NCBI GenBank assembly: GCA_027298025.1
Contig: JAPUGV010000232.1
Span: 1 to 55,282 of the forward strand
DNA from: Chloroflexota bacterium
GTDB taxonomy: Bacteria > Chloroflexota > Anaerolineae > Anaerolineales > E44-bin32
Direction: 5' to 3'
DNA: 55,282 nucleotides
Part shown: piece by piece, positions 18,391-27,773 of the stretch
Numbering within the stretch: the first letter of the stretch is position 1
How the letters are laid out: every line of letters starts with the position of its first letter
Program-made: the position numbers and the translations under genes
Notes under the pieces: model-generated
Databases searched by the model: none
Seen by the model: only the letters and a program-made list of their open reading frames with translations
Told to the model about the DNA's origin: nothing

Positions 18391-18418
18391 GGGGTGGAAA
18401 GCGGTGTCTTATCGAGCG

Positions 18419-20566
18419 CTAGCGAGATTCCGATCCCAGAAGCGGCTCGAGCTCGACCGAATGGCCGGTGCGGAGCGATTCAACTACAGCAAACGTAGCC
18501 TGAGTCACACCTACTAGCTCGTTGTAGGGAATAGGCGCCGGCCCACCCTGGCGAATGGCCGCTGCGGTGGCCTGCCAGATCGCCCGGTGGCCCTTGTCCT
18601 GTCGGGAACTCTTACGTTTCACCTTTCCGCCACTCACAAGTTCCAGGCCGCGGTAGTCGTCCAGTACCGCCACTCTGCCGCCGCCGAAGGCTTCCACACG
18701 TTCCTTCGGATAGGCCCGATCGCCGTTGGCCAGGTAGTCCACGGTGCCGACGGAGCCATCTGGGAAGCGAAGGGAGATGTGCACGTTATCCCCCAGTCCG
18801 CCAGGAATCGCCTGAGCACGCACTTGTTCGGGAAGAGCTCCAATCAAGAACGTCAGATAATCGATGAAGTGACATGCCTCTCCAATGATTCGGCCGCCGC
18901 CCTGACCTGGATCATGGACCCAGTGATCGCTAGGCAGCGGCCCTGCATTTACTCGATAGTGCACGGACAACGGTTCACCGGCCCCCGATAGAAAATCGCG
19001 CATTTGGATCCCCATCGGGGCGAATCGGCGGTTGAAGCCAACCGTCAGGAGGCCTTCCGCTGTTTTCAGCGCATCCATCACATGGTCGAGACCCTCCGCA
19101 TCGATCGCCAACGGCTTTTCGCAAAAGACGTGTTTTCCTGCAAGAAGTGCATCCACCACCTGTTCGGCGTGCAGGTGATGGCGGGTCAGCACCGCCACGG
19201 TGTTGATGGTTTCATCCTGGATGACTTCCGCCGCTTCCGTCGTGGCATAGGCGAAGCCGTAGCGCTTGCCGGCCTCAATGGCACTGACCCCGCCCCCACT
19301 GGCCAGCCCGACAAGCTCAACGTCGTTCAGGCCCCTCAAGGCAGGAAAAGTCACGTTCTTTGCGAAATTTCCGGCGCCCAGTGCCCCTAGGCTCACGACG
19401 CGGTCCTTGCGAACTCGCTCCGACAGAGTCAGCCGCCGTTCCACGGGCGCCGCCTCTGCGTAGGTGAGCAGTACTCCGAGCGTGGGCTGACCGGAGCTAC
19501 CTGCGATCAGCTGATATGCCTCCTCCGCCCTCTCGACCGGGAAACGGTGCGTAATGAGCGGCGCCACGTGGACTTTCTTGGCTGCGACCAATTCCAGGAA
19601 GCCACCGATGTTCCTCCCCTCGGTCCAGCGTACGTATCCGATGGGGTAATCGATTCCCGATTGCTCGTAGGTGGGATCATAGCGACCGGGGCCGTAGGAA
19701 CGGGACACAACAAACTTCAGTTCCTTGTCGTAGTAGGGTTTGCGTGGGATCTCCATGCCGACCACGCCGACCAGCACCACGGTGGCCCGGTCCCGCGCCA
19801 TCGTGGCCGCCAGCTCCAGCGGGTCGTTATCGTCGCTGTGAGCGCAGATCAGAATGGCATCGAATCCATCGCCGCTTGTGAAGGTGTGCCCTGTTTCCAC
19901 CGCCGGCTCGCGGCTCGTTGCCGATCCACCGATTCCGCGCGCCAGTTCCACCCTCGCTGCATCGACATCCACACCGAGCGCCTCACATCCCGCCGCGCGT
20001 GCAATCTGCAAGGCAAGCTGCCCTAACAGACCGAGCCCGATCACCGCAACACGCTCCCCGACCTGCACTTCCGCCAGGCGGAAGGCGTGCAGTGCAATAG
20101 AGCCCAGGGTGGCGGCCGCTCCTGATTCAAAATCGACCGATGCCGGCAACCGGGCAATCATCTTTTCCGGAACGACTGCGAACTCGGCGTGCACCGCGTG
20201 CCCGCCTGCGCACGCCACTCGATCGCCCGGGCGGAGGTCGGTTATGCCCTCGCCTAGTTCCTCAATCACACCCGCGGACGAATAGCCTAGGGGCAGCGGT
20301 TGGTCCAGGCGGCTGCGGACGGCCTGCAGGGTGCTGAGCAAACCATCCTTCCGCACCTTATCGATGGTTTGGCGCACGAGATCCGGGCGCGCACGTGCCT
20401 TGCCAAGCATTCCCTTGCCGGCGAATTCGATCAACGTGCGCTCTGTGCCGGCCGAGACGAAGGAAGCCACGGTTCGGATTAGCGCGGTGCCGGGTGCGGG
20501 GCTGGGTACGGGCACCTCCAGCACTTCCGGCTGGTCGGATCGAAGGTCTTGCACGACTTGCTTCAT
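18419..20566 (-). CDS. Bi-domain oxidoreductase: N-terminal MDR (zinc-type alcohol dehydrogenase-like) fused to C-terminal Gfo/Idh/MocA
   Basis: The N-half has GDRVACAGGHAVHAEF and the Rossmann motif VAVIGLGLLGQL. The C-half has the Gfo/Idh/MocA N-terminal Rossmann motif LGALGAGNFAKN and the EKP motif VFCEKPLA. Length 715 aa. Confidence 0.8.
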   Translation of the reverse strand: MKQVVQDLRSDQPEVLEVPVPSPAPGTALIRTVASFVSAGTERTLIEFAGKGMLGKARARPDLVRQTIDKVRKDGLLSTLQAVRSRLDQPLPLGYSSAGVIEELGEGITDLRPGDRVACAGGHAVHAEFAVVPEKMIARLPASVDFESGAAATLGSIALHAFRLAEVQVGERVAVIGLGLLGQLALQIARAAGCEALGVDVDAARVELARGIGGSATSREPAVETGHTFTSGDGFDAILICAHSDDNDPLELAATMARDRATVVLVGVVGMEIPRKPYYDKELKFVVSRSYGPGRYDPTYEQSGIDYPIGYVRWTEGRNIGGFLELVAAKKVHVAPLITHRFPVERAEEAYQLIAGSSGQPTLGVLLTYAEAAPVERRLTLSERVRKDRVVSLGALGAGNFAKNVTFPALRGLNDVELVGLASGGGVSAIEAGKRYGFAYATTEAAEVIQDETINTVAVLTRHHLHAEQVVDALLAGKHVFCEKPLAIDAEGLDHVMDALKTAEGLLTVGFNRRFAPMGIQMRDFLSGAGEPLSVHYRVNAGPLPSDHWVHDPGQGGGRIIGEACHFIDYLTFLIGALPEQVRAQAIPGGLGDNVHISLRFPDGSVGTVDYLANGDRAYPKERVEAFGGGRVAVLDDYRGLELVSGGKVKRKSSRQDKGHRAIWQATAAAIRQGGPAPIPYNELVGVTQATFAVVESLRTGHSVELEPLLGSESR

Positions 20567-20582
20567 GATTTAGCCAGTGATT

Positions 20583-21797
20583 TTACAGGAGATCGGATGC
20601 CAGTACTTCCTCGTAAAAGGCGCGGGCGCGCTGCATGCCCTGCTCGTAGTCTGCGCGGTGCTCGATGAGTCGGATGTTTTCCGCCGCAGCTCGCTCCCTC
20701 ATTTCGGCATCCTCGAGCACCTGCGCGATGGCCTCCGCCACTTGATCCGCGCTCGCCGGGTCCACCAGCGTGCCATTCTTGCCGTCTTCGATCCACTCCC
20801 GGATCGATTGCAGGTCTCCCACCACGGGATAGGTACCACAGGCCATGGCTTCCAACAGTGTATTTGGCGTGCCATCATGCTCGCTGGGCGATACAGATAC
20901 TTGTGCCCTACGGAAGACCGTCGCCAGATCCGAGGGAGTTAGTTTAGGGAGCAGATGCACCGAGTCCCCGATCTGCAGCCGATCGATCCACCTTTCGGCC
21001 CTGCGCTGACCGGCCATATTTGGGCAGAGGAACGTTGCTGAAGGCACCCGCTGCAGGACCTTTGGAATCGCTCTGAAGAAGGTGTCGTTTCTCACATAGG
21101 CCCGGAAGCCGCGCGGGTTGACGATCACCGGCGCCTCCGGTGCCAGCGATTCAAGGACACCCGTGAGCGCCGGATGTGCGGAATTCCCCGGCGCGCCCGA
21201 ATAGAAGATATCCCTTCGTACGCCACCGTTTGTTGGTAGCACCAACTGGGGTCGATTGCTGGCGAAGCTCCATTCCGATGCCAATTCCTCATCGCGATGG
21301 TTGTCCGTGTGAAGCGCATCGGTCCGTATCAGCGTGCGTCGCGTGAGGCTGCGTATCATGGGAGAAGCTGGCGCATGCAACGTAAGGTCGTTGCCCCAAA
21401 TTGAAACCAGGAGCGGCGGCTTCGGCTGGGAGGTAGCGGCCAGGGCGCCCTCGAATGGGATGCGCATCGCATGCACAAGGTCGGGCTCAATCTCGGAGAT
21501 CAATCTCCGCGCCTGTTTGGCGGCACGATTGACGGTGGCTGGCCCAAGCCAGTGGCGGACAAAAGTACGCAGCCCGATGGTCCCTGACGAGGTCAAGGCG
21601 CCGGGCCCCATCCCCTTGTCCCTTCTGCGGACCAAGCCGCTGAAGGCAACTGGAACCGTATGGAGCGTCTCGAGGCCGTTGAGCGCTGGGCAAGCGAAGG
21701 TCGAGATCAGATGGACCTCAGATCCGCCCGCAATGAAGTATCGGATCCAATTTCGCGCAATAGGGCTTCTGCCGTCGGCGACATACAGCAATCTCAA
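20583..21797 (-). CDS. Family 4 glycosyltransferase
   Basis: MRLLYVADG... N-terminus and C-terminal SEHDGTPNTLLEAMACGTYPVV (EX7E-type motif). Confidence 0.8.
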   Translation of the reverse strand: MRLLYVADGRSPIARNWIRYFIAGGSEVHLISTFACPALNGLETLHTVPVAFSGLVRRRDKGMGPGALTSSGTIGLRTFVRHWLGPATVNRAAKQARRLISEIEPDLVHAMRIPFEGALAATSQPKPPLLVSIWGNDLTLHAPASPMIRSLTRRTLIRTDALHTDNHRDEELASEWSFASNRPQLVLPTNGGVRRDIFYSGAPGNSAHPALTGVLESLAPEAPVIVNPRGFRAYVRNDTFFRAIPKVLQRVPSATFLCPNMAGQRRAERWIDRLQIGDSVHLLPKLTPSDLATVFRRAQVSVSPSEHDGTPNTLLEAMACGTYPVVGDLQSIREWIEDGKNGTLVDPASADQVAEAIAQVLEDAEMRERAAAENIRLIEHRADYEQGMQRARAFYEEVLASDLL

Positions 21798-21884
21798 GGC
21801 TGGCTCACTCGGGGAAATTCATCCCAGGAAATCTCCCTAAAATCGCTCCGGGGTATACGCGGCAGGGCCGGCTCTCGAACCCCC

Positions 21885-22961
21885 TCACCGGTGCATCGCT
21901 CGGTTGATAGCATCTAAGAAGGCATCCGCCATGACCTCGATGTTCACTCGCTCAGCAACGATTCGGCGCGATGCAGCGCCCATTTGCGGCAACCGATCCG
22001 GGTTCTCCAGCGCGCTACGAAGTGCCCCAGTGAGCGCATCCAAATCCCCGGGCGGAACAAGCCAGCCATTATCGGCGCCCACCAGATCCCTCTGCGACCC
22101 ATCCGCTTCGGCTACGATGACCGGGAGCGAATGTGCCATCGCTTGCTGCACAGCCAATCCCCCCGTGCCGGGAAGGACGAAAAGGTCGGACTGCCGAAAA
22201 ATGCCCTCGAGTTCTTCCCCATGTTGCGCACCCGTGAACTCTGCCCTTGGATATTCGCGGGCCGCCATGCGCTCAAGCCTTCTCCGCGCCGGGCCATCTC
22301 CGACGATCCACAGTCGCGGCTCCACTCTCTGGGCGCGACAGGCCTTCAACAGCAAGTCCACACGTTTGCGTTCCTGAAGGCGCCCGACAAACAGCACCTG
22401 TGGAGGGCTGGAGATCTTCCGAGCGTGGAGCTCCGGCGGGGAGCCCGTCATCGCATTCGGCGCGGTGAACACGCGCTCTGCTGGAAAACCCGCGCTCCGA
22501 TATCCTTCCGCCCCTTGGGTACTGTATGCGATCAAAGCATCGAAGCGGCTCAGGTACGACTTCCAGCGAGCCACCACCCGACCCAGGCCCAGGCCCCAGC
22601 CAATAACCGGCCTGCCCTTCGCACGCATCCAGTCAATCGCCCGACCGCTGGACAGGTAGCGCGGGTTGGCCTCTATGATCAGCGCATGCGGATCCCAACT
22701 CTGAATCCACTCCATGATGTCGCGCTGCAAACACAAGTAAAGCGGGCCGCCCAACAGGTGCAGATTACGGGCAGGCCACAGCTCGGCCTCGTTTAGGCTC
22801 TTGGCAGTCTGGATCGCTTCGCCGTTTCTGGGTTTTCCGGCATATAGGCTCAGGCCTTCTGCGCAGCGACTTGCAAGGAGGTCGAAGAACGCCACTCGAT
22901 AACTCGGCAGCACTCGCTGCTGAAGCGCCAGGCGGCCCTCGAAATCCCCGTGATCTGTCAT
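21885..22961 (-). CDS. Family 4/1 glycosyltransferase
   Basis: GT-B C-terminal domain pattern FVGRLQERKRVDLLL ... GTGGLAVQQAMAHSLPVIV ... DLV. Length 358 aa. Confidence 0.7.
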   Translation of the reverse strand: MTDHGDFEGRLALQQRVLPSYRVAFFDLLASRCAEGLSLYAGKPRNGEAIQTAKSLNEAELWPARNLHLLGGPLYLCLQRDIMEWIQSWDPHALIIEANPRYLSSGRAIDWMRAKGRPVIGWGLGLGRVVARWKSYLSRFDALIAYSTQGAEGYRSAGFPAERVFTAPNAMTGSPPELHARKISSPPQVLFVGRLQERKRVDLLLKACRAQRVEPRLWIVGDGPARRRLERMAAREYPRAEFTGAQHGEELEGIFRQSDLFVLPGTGGLAVQQAMAHSLPVIVAEADGSQRDLVGADNGWLVPPGDLDALTGALRSALENPDRLPQMGAASRRIVAERVNIEVMADAFLDAINRAMHR

Positions 22962-23029
22962 GGAATCTTTGACTTACCGTTCAAGGCGACGAAGTGACGT
23001 CCGTATTCTCGATCCCGCGGCCCGGGCGC

Positions 23030-23893
23030 TCACTGCGTATCCGATTCCTTTTGCTGCGCAATTACGTAGGTCTTCCAATCGGTCAGCCCTCGAAACGCGG
23101 GGTAGCCCGCCCGCAGCTCATGAAGCCGATAATGGGCAGATTCGAGCAGCTCCAGCGTCTTTTCGCTCGCTTCCGGCCCATGCAGCTCGATGAGCAGCAT
23201 CGGCCGCGCTTCCTTCAGCGTACGCTCGAGCCCGGCCAGCACCAGGGCCTCCCCGCCTTCCACGTCGATCTTAATCAGGTCTGGCATCGGCTCGTTCCGT
23301 TCTTCGATCCAGTCATCCAGGGCGATCACGTCCACGCGGATCTCGCCTTCATACGCTTCCGCCCTCCCCTTGGATGCCTCTAGTTTCCCCATTGCCCCCG
23401 ATCGATGAATCAGGAATTGTGATCGCTCTGCCCGGTCGCTCACGGCGGCCTCCACCACTCGCACGCGGCCCCCCTCTGGATTGAGCTCGACGTTCGTGCG
23501 GAGCCGGCTCACGTTTTCGGGCAGGGGTTCGAATGCCACAACCTGCCCCTGGGGCCCTACCGCGCGCGCCAATGCCAGGCTTACGTAGCCGATGTTTGCG
23601 CCCACATCGTAGGCGGTAAAGCCTAGACCTGTGAAGTGATCGATGGCTTCGAGCAGCGCCGGCTCATAGGTGCCCAGCCACAGGTCCTTTTCCGTGCGCA
23701 GATCGAGCTGCAGATGCATTCCCGCCAGCGGCCCTGCCGCTACCTCGACCGGATTGATGTCGCCAGGCGCTGCGCGGGTAAGCATGGACCGGATAACGTT
23801 GGATATTGGGCCTAATCGGTATAGGGAATCGCGCGCTCCCTGGGGAAGCGCTCGGGCGATCCTGGCGGTGGCACGTACGATAGAGGAAGTCAA
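23030..23893 (-). CDS. FkbM-family SAM-dependent methyltransferase
   Basis: AYDVGANIGYVSLALA and PDLIKIDVEGGE are the two hallmark FkbM (Methyltransf_21) motifs. Confidence 0.8.
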   Translation of the reverse strand: MTSSIVRATARIARALPQGARDSLYRLGPISNVIRSMLTRAAPGDINPVEVAAGPLAGMHLQLDLRTEKDLWLGTYEPALLEAIDHFTGLGFTAYDVGANIGYVSLALARAVGPQGQVVAFEPLPENVSRLRTNVELNPEGGRVRVVEAAVSDRAERSQFLIHRSGAMGKLEASKGRAEAYEGEIRVDVIALDDWIEERNEPMPDLIKIDVEGGEALVLAGLERTLKEARPMLLIELHGPEASEKTLELLESAHYRLHELRAGYPAFRGLTDWKTYVIAQQKESDTQ

Positions 23894-23987
23894 AGGATAC
23901 GCCTTTTGGAGTGCACCAAGCGATCGATATCGCGACCCCGCCGCTTACCTGCCCTAGGGAATGGACATAAGATTATGCAGGCCATCG

Positions 23988-25124
23988 CTACTTGCCGTGA
24001 AGCGCTGCTAGATACTCGTCCACCATGCGGTCCAACCCGAATGTTTCTTCGGCTCGGGCCCGCGCGCCGGCGCGGTAGCGAGGCTGCTCCTCCAATATTT
24101 CGCGGGTGGCTTCCACCAGCCGCACCACATCTGGAGTTTCCAGCTTCCATGCATCCCCGCCATATGCCGTGACGCGGCCAGACGGGCCGGTGACCAGCTC
24201 AGGGAGCGCCCCCGTATCGTAGGCAACCACCGGCAGCCCACACGCCATCGCTTCGATGACCGCATTGGGACAAGCAGGATGGATGTCTCCCGCGAACAGA
24301 ACGTGAGCGGTGCGGTCCAAGGCGGGGATGTCCGCCGGTTCGACCACTCCGCGCCAGTCCACAATCAACTCGCTTTCCGGGTCAATGGCCTGGTGCACGC
24401 GCCCGGGAACCTGGCCGGCGACCGTCAGCTCCACTTTCCGTCCCGCCTCCCGCGCCACCCGTTGCGCGAGTTCAATCCCCGCCTGGAGTCCGATCTCGTA
24501 CCCTCCGGCGTAGTTGCCCTCCACCATCAGCAAGCGGATGCGATCGTCCGGACGAGCTTCGTCACCCTCCGGGGAGTAGACATCCAATGGAACCCCGTTG
24601 TATACAACGCTGGAAGGCACCGGAGCGGGACCGTAGCGCTCCTCCCACCAGTCTTTCGCAAACTGGCTCTGATAGACCACATGATCTGCCAGACGATTTC
24701 TCACCCAGCGCAGGAGTAGGTTGTTTCGCTCCGCTCGGAGGAAGTGCCGTATCCCGGTAGGGTGTCGCCGATGCAGCCAGTTGATCCCGTTGAGACGCTG
24801 TATGATCCGGCGGCCGCGGCGGCGTGCTTGCCGCAGACCCGTCAGATGGCGACTTCCTCCAATGACCAGGATCGCTCCCTGCGGCTCGTCTTCTAGCCTC
24901 CAGCCGATAGGAATGCCTCGCCGCTCCAATTCCATGGCCATGCGCCGCTGGAAGGCCGCCGGCCCGGCCACACCGGTCAGCCGAGTCGTGAAGGTGACAC
25001 CTCGGAGAAGCCTCTTACTCACGCGTTCCCTTCGCTGGGATTTTTCACCATACCATTTGAAGTGCCCGTCCCCACCCACCTTGGGGGAAGCGACAGCCGC
25101 TTGCGAGGACGAGATCGAACCCAC
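23988..25124 (-). CDS. Family 4 glycosyltransferase
   Basis: C-terminal PACPNAVIEAMACGLPVVAYDTGALPELV motif and GT-B architecture. It starts 20 nt downstream of the wecB-like stop. Confidence 0.75.
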   Translation of the reverse strand: MGSISSSQAAVASPKVGGDGHFKWYGEKSQRRERVSKRLLRGVTFTTRLTGVAGPAAFQRRMAMELERRGIPIGWRLEDEPQGAILVIGGSRHLTGLRQARRRGRRIIQRLNGINWLHRRHPTGIRHFLRAERNNLLLRWVRNRLADHVVYQSQFAKDWWEERYGPAPVPSSVVYNGVPLDVYSPEGDEARPDDRIRLLMVEGNYAGGYEIGLQAGIELAQRVAREAGRKVELTVAGQVPGRVHQAIDPESELIVDWRGVVEPADIPALDRTAHVLFAGDIHPACPNAVIEAMACGLPVVAYDTGALPELVTGPSGRVTAYGGDAWKLETPDVVRLVEATREILEEQPRYRAGARARAEETFGLDRMVDEYLAALHGK

Positions 25125-25144
25125 GCCCCAGCGAATTCGACCCG

Positions 25145-26272
25145 CTACGCAGGCTCCCCCTCCGCAGCCAGAAGCCCCTCGACGATGCGTTCCGCCGCGT
25201 GCCCATCGCCAAATGGGTTCACGGCCGTGGCCATGGCGGCGTGGGCCTTCTCATCATCCATGAGCCGGCGCGTCTCATTGACGATCCGATCCTTATCAGT
25301 GCCGACCAAGATGGCAGTTCCCGCTTCAATGGCCTCCGGTCGCTCGGTTCGTTCCCGCAGCACTAATACCGGCGTTCCCAGTCCGGGCGCCTCCTCCTGA
25401 ATTCCCCCCGAATCGGTGAGGATGATATGGGCTCGCCTTATCAGATGCACCATGGGTAGGTAGGCCAAGGGCTCGATCAAATGGATATTCGGCACACCGG
25501 AAAGAATGCGTTTTGCTGGCTCCTGCACCCTGGGGTTCAGGTGAACGGGGTAGATCAGGTGCGCGCTTCCTTCGTAGTGCTGCGCGATTTCCCTCAGCGC
25601 CCAAAATATACGTTCCATGGGATCGCCGAAGTTCTCTCTGCGATGGGCGGTGACCAGAATGATCGTCTCGTGCTCAAGGCCGGCTAACGGGCCCGTAAAT
25701 AGATCGACCGGCCGCTCGATCACGACATTCAGCGCATCGATTACGGTGTTACCTGTTACGACGATCTTCTTCGGGGGCACGGACTCTCTCAGTAGGTTGC
25801 CCTGAGCCCACGCCGTGGGTGCGAAATGTAGATCTGCTACCGCTCCGAGCACACGGCGGTTGATTTCTTCAGGAAAGGGCTGGTACTTGTCACCGGTTCG
25901 AAGCCCGGCCTCCACATGGCCAACTTTCACGCGGTGGTAGTACGCCAGCAAGGCGGCGCTCATGACCGTGGTCGTATCGCCCTGCACGAGCACCCAATCC
26001 GGTTGGACCGACTCAATGACGGGATCGAGTCCTTGGAAAACGTTTGCCGTAAGCTCGTTGAGCGGTTGGGCGGGTACCATGATGTCGAGATCGTAATCGG
26101 GATGAATGTCGAAGAGATCCAGGACCTGATCCAGCATCTCTCTGTGCTGAGCCGTGATGCAGACGATCGACTCGACGGAGGGGGTTTCACTCAACCGTTG
26201 GATGACCGGTGCCATCTTGATCGCTTCCGGACGGGTGCCGAAGATCGACAGCGCGCGGAGCGCGTCAGGCAT
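25145..26272 (-). CDS. wecB: UDP-N-acetylglucosamine 2-epimerase family (WecB/WbpI-like, non-hydrolysing)
   Basis: FGTRPEAIKMAPV, VLVQGDTTT and TDSGGIQEEAPGLGTPVLVLRERTERPE. I chose the ATG at 26272 (MPDALRALSIFGTRPE), which sits 4 nt after the upstream stop. The ORF-track extension to 26344 overlaps wecC. Confidence 0.88.
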   Translation of the reverse strand: MPDALRALSIFGTRPEAIKMAPVIQRLSETPSVESIVCITAQHREMLDQVLDLFDIHPDYDLDIMVPAQPLNELTANVFQGLDPVIESVQPDWVLVQGDTTTVMSAALLAYYHRVKVGHVEAGLRTGDKYQPFPEEINRRVLGAVADLHFAPTAWAQGNLLRESVPPKKIVVTGNTVIDALNVVIERPVDLFTGPLAGLEHETIILVTAHRRENFGDPMERIFWALREIAQHYEGSAHLIYPVHLNPRVQEPAKRILSGVPNIHLIEPLAYLPMVHLIRRAHIILTDSGGIQEEAPGLGTPVLVLRERTERPEAIEAGTAILVGTDKDRIVNETRRLMDDEKAHAAMATAVNPFGDGHAAERIVEGLLAAEGEPA

Positions 26273-27548
26273 CTGGCTTCCCGACTCCCAGCGTGTAGAT
26301 ATCGAAGCCTGCTGCTCGCCAGGGTTCTGCCTCCCACGCGCCACGCAGATCCACGGCCACGCGTCCCGTCATCGCTTGGGCTGCCTGGCGCGGGTCGAGT
26401 TCCACAAAATCGCGGTGGTTGACCAGAAGGACGGCGGCATCTGCTCCTTCCAAGGTGTCCTTCAAGGAGCGTTCCGCCGCTGCTCCACCGACGGATGCTG
26501 CTTGAGCGTACGGCTCAAAGGTATGCACCTCGGCACCCCCCTCCACCAGACGGGCCACGATTTCGATGGCCGGGCTCCCTCGCAGATCTCCGACGTTAGG
26601 CTTGTAGGAGAGTCCTAGGGCGGCGATGCGCTTGCCGCTGAGCCCGCCCAGCGCCTGCTCGATGAGATCAGCCGAGTGCGCGGGCTGGCCGTCGTTTACC
26701 GCCCTGGCCTGCTGAATGAGAGGCGTGAGGTCCGGCGTGGCTTCGACGAGAAACCACGGGTCGACCCCGATGCAGTGTCCGCCTACCCCCGGTCCGGGTT
26801 GGAGAATCTCCACCCGAGGGTGCCGGTTGGCCAGACGAATGGCTTCCCACACGTCCACACCCAGCCGTTCTGCCAGCTGCGAGAATTCGTTCGCTGCGGC
26901 AATGTTGATGTCCCGATAAGTGTTCTCCAACAACTTGACCGTCTCCGCCGTCGTGGCATCGGTGAGCAGGATCTCTCCATCGACGAAGGCGCGATACAGA
27001 TCTCTTCCCGCTTCTGCGGAGGCGGCGTCGATACCACCGATCACCCGGGCGTTTTCCACCAACTCCTGCAAGATGTGGCCCGGCAGCACGCGCTCGGGAG
27101 TATAGGCGAGGAAGAAATCGGGGCCGGCCGCCAATCCGGATCGTTCAAGGATCGGAGCGACCTGGTCGAGCGTCGTGCGCGGTGGGCAGGTCGATTCCAG
27201 CATCACCAGATTGCCCTTCCGCAGATGGGGAACGATGGCCTCCGCCGCTTCCAACACGTGGCTCAAATCCGCCTTGTTATCTTCTGTAACCGGGGTTGGC
27301 ACGGCGATGACAAAAGCATCCGCCTCTTCCGGACGATTGCTCAGCGTCAGACTTCGTGAATCGAGCGCCTCCCGAGCCAGCTCATGGAGTCCGGGCTCGT
27401 GGATGTGGATCTGACCCTCTTTCAAGTTGTCCAGCACCTTTTGATCTACGTCCACCCCAAAAACCTTGATGCCAGACTTGGCCAAGGTGCTTGCGGTGGG
27501 CAGACCGATGTATCCCAATCCCAGCACACATACGCTCTGGAAACGCAC
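26265..27548 (-). CDS. wecC: UDP-N-acetyl-D-mannosamine / UDP-GlcNAc 6-dehydrogenase family (WecC/WbpA-like)
   Basis: Rossmann motif VCVLGLGYIGLP and catalytic-Cys motif GPGVGGHCIGVDP. I preferred the GTG at 27548, preceded by GGGAGAG. An alternative GTG at 27608 would add 20 codons. Confidence 0.85.
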   Translation of the reverse strand: MRFQSVCVLGLGYIGLPTASTLAKSGIKVFGVDVDQKVLDNLKEGQIHIHEPGLHELAREALDSRSLTLSNRPEEADAFVIAVPTPVTEDNKADLSHVLEAAEAIVPHLRKGNLVMLESTCPPRTTLDQVAPILERSGLAAGPDFFLAYTPERVLPGHILQELVENARVIGGIDAASAEAGRDLYRAFVDGEILLTDATTAETVKLLENTYRDINIAAANEFSQLAERLGVDVWEAIRLANRHPRVEILQPGPGVGGHCIGVDPWFLVEATPDLTPLIQQARAVNDGQPAHSADLIEQALGGLSGKRIAALGLSYKPNVGDLRGSPAIEIVARLVEGGAEVHTFEPYAQAASVGGAAAERSLKDTLEGADAAVLLVNHRDFVELDPRQAAQAMTGRVAVDLRGAWEAEPWRAAGFDIYTLGVGKPDA

Positions 27549-27773
27549 TCGAATCTCTCCCGGCAGCGGGCGCTTATTATGACATAAACCGGCGTGACCC
27601 CCGGCCACGGCCGGGGTTCCCTAGGTAAGGAAGGATTCCCCTATCCGTTCGAAAGACCGCCTATTGAGAGCTCCAGCGGCTGAATTGAAAATGAAAGAGC
27701 CTTCCGCTCGCATCGGATGGATTCGAGAACGCGCGAGGATGCGCGCAAAGTGATGGAATGGAGATGAAATGTT

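Noticed and set aside
25145-26344. Longer wecB reading frame (24 extra N-terminal codons) and longer oppF frame (50666-51781)
   Set aside because: Both extensions overlap the upstream genes extensively and lack RBSs. Internal starts (ATG 26272; GTG 51664 with AAGGAG) give canonical N-termini and the tight coupling typical of operons.
27609-27773. Divergent intergenic region at the window centre, checked for an RNA gene or small ORF (27641-27898)
   Set aside because: Only a short GCGCG hairpin and AT-richer promoter-like sequence are visible. The 85-aa ORF overlaps the start of the membrane-EEP gene and has no support.
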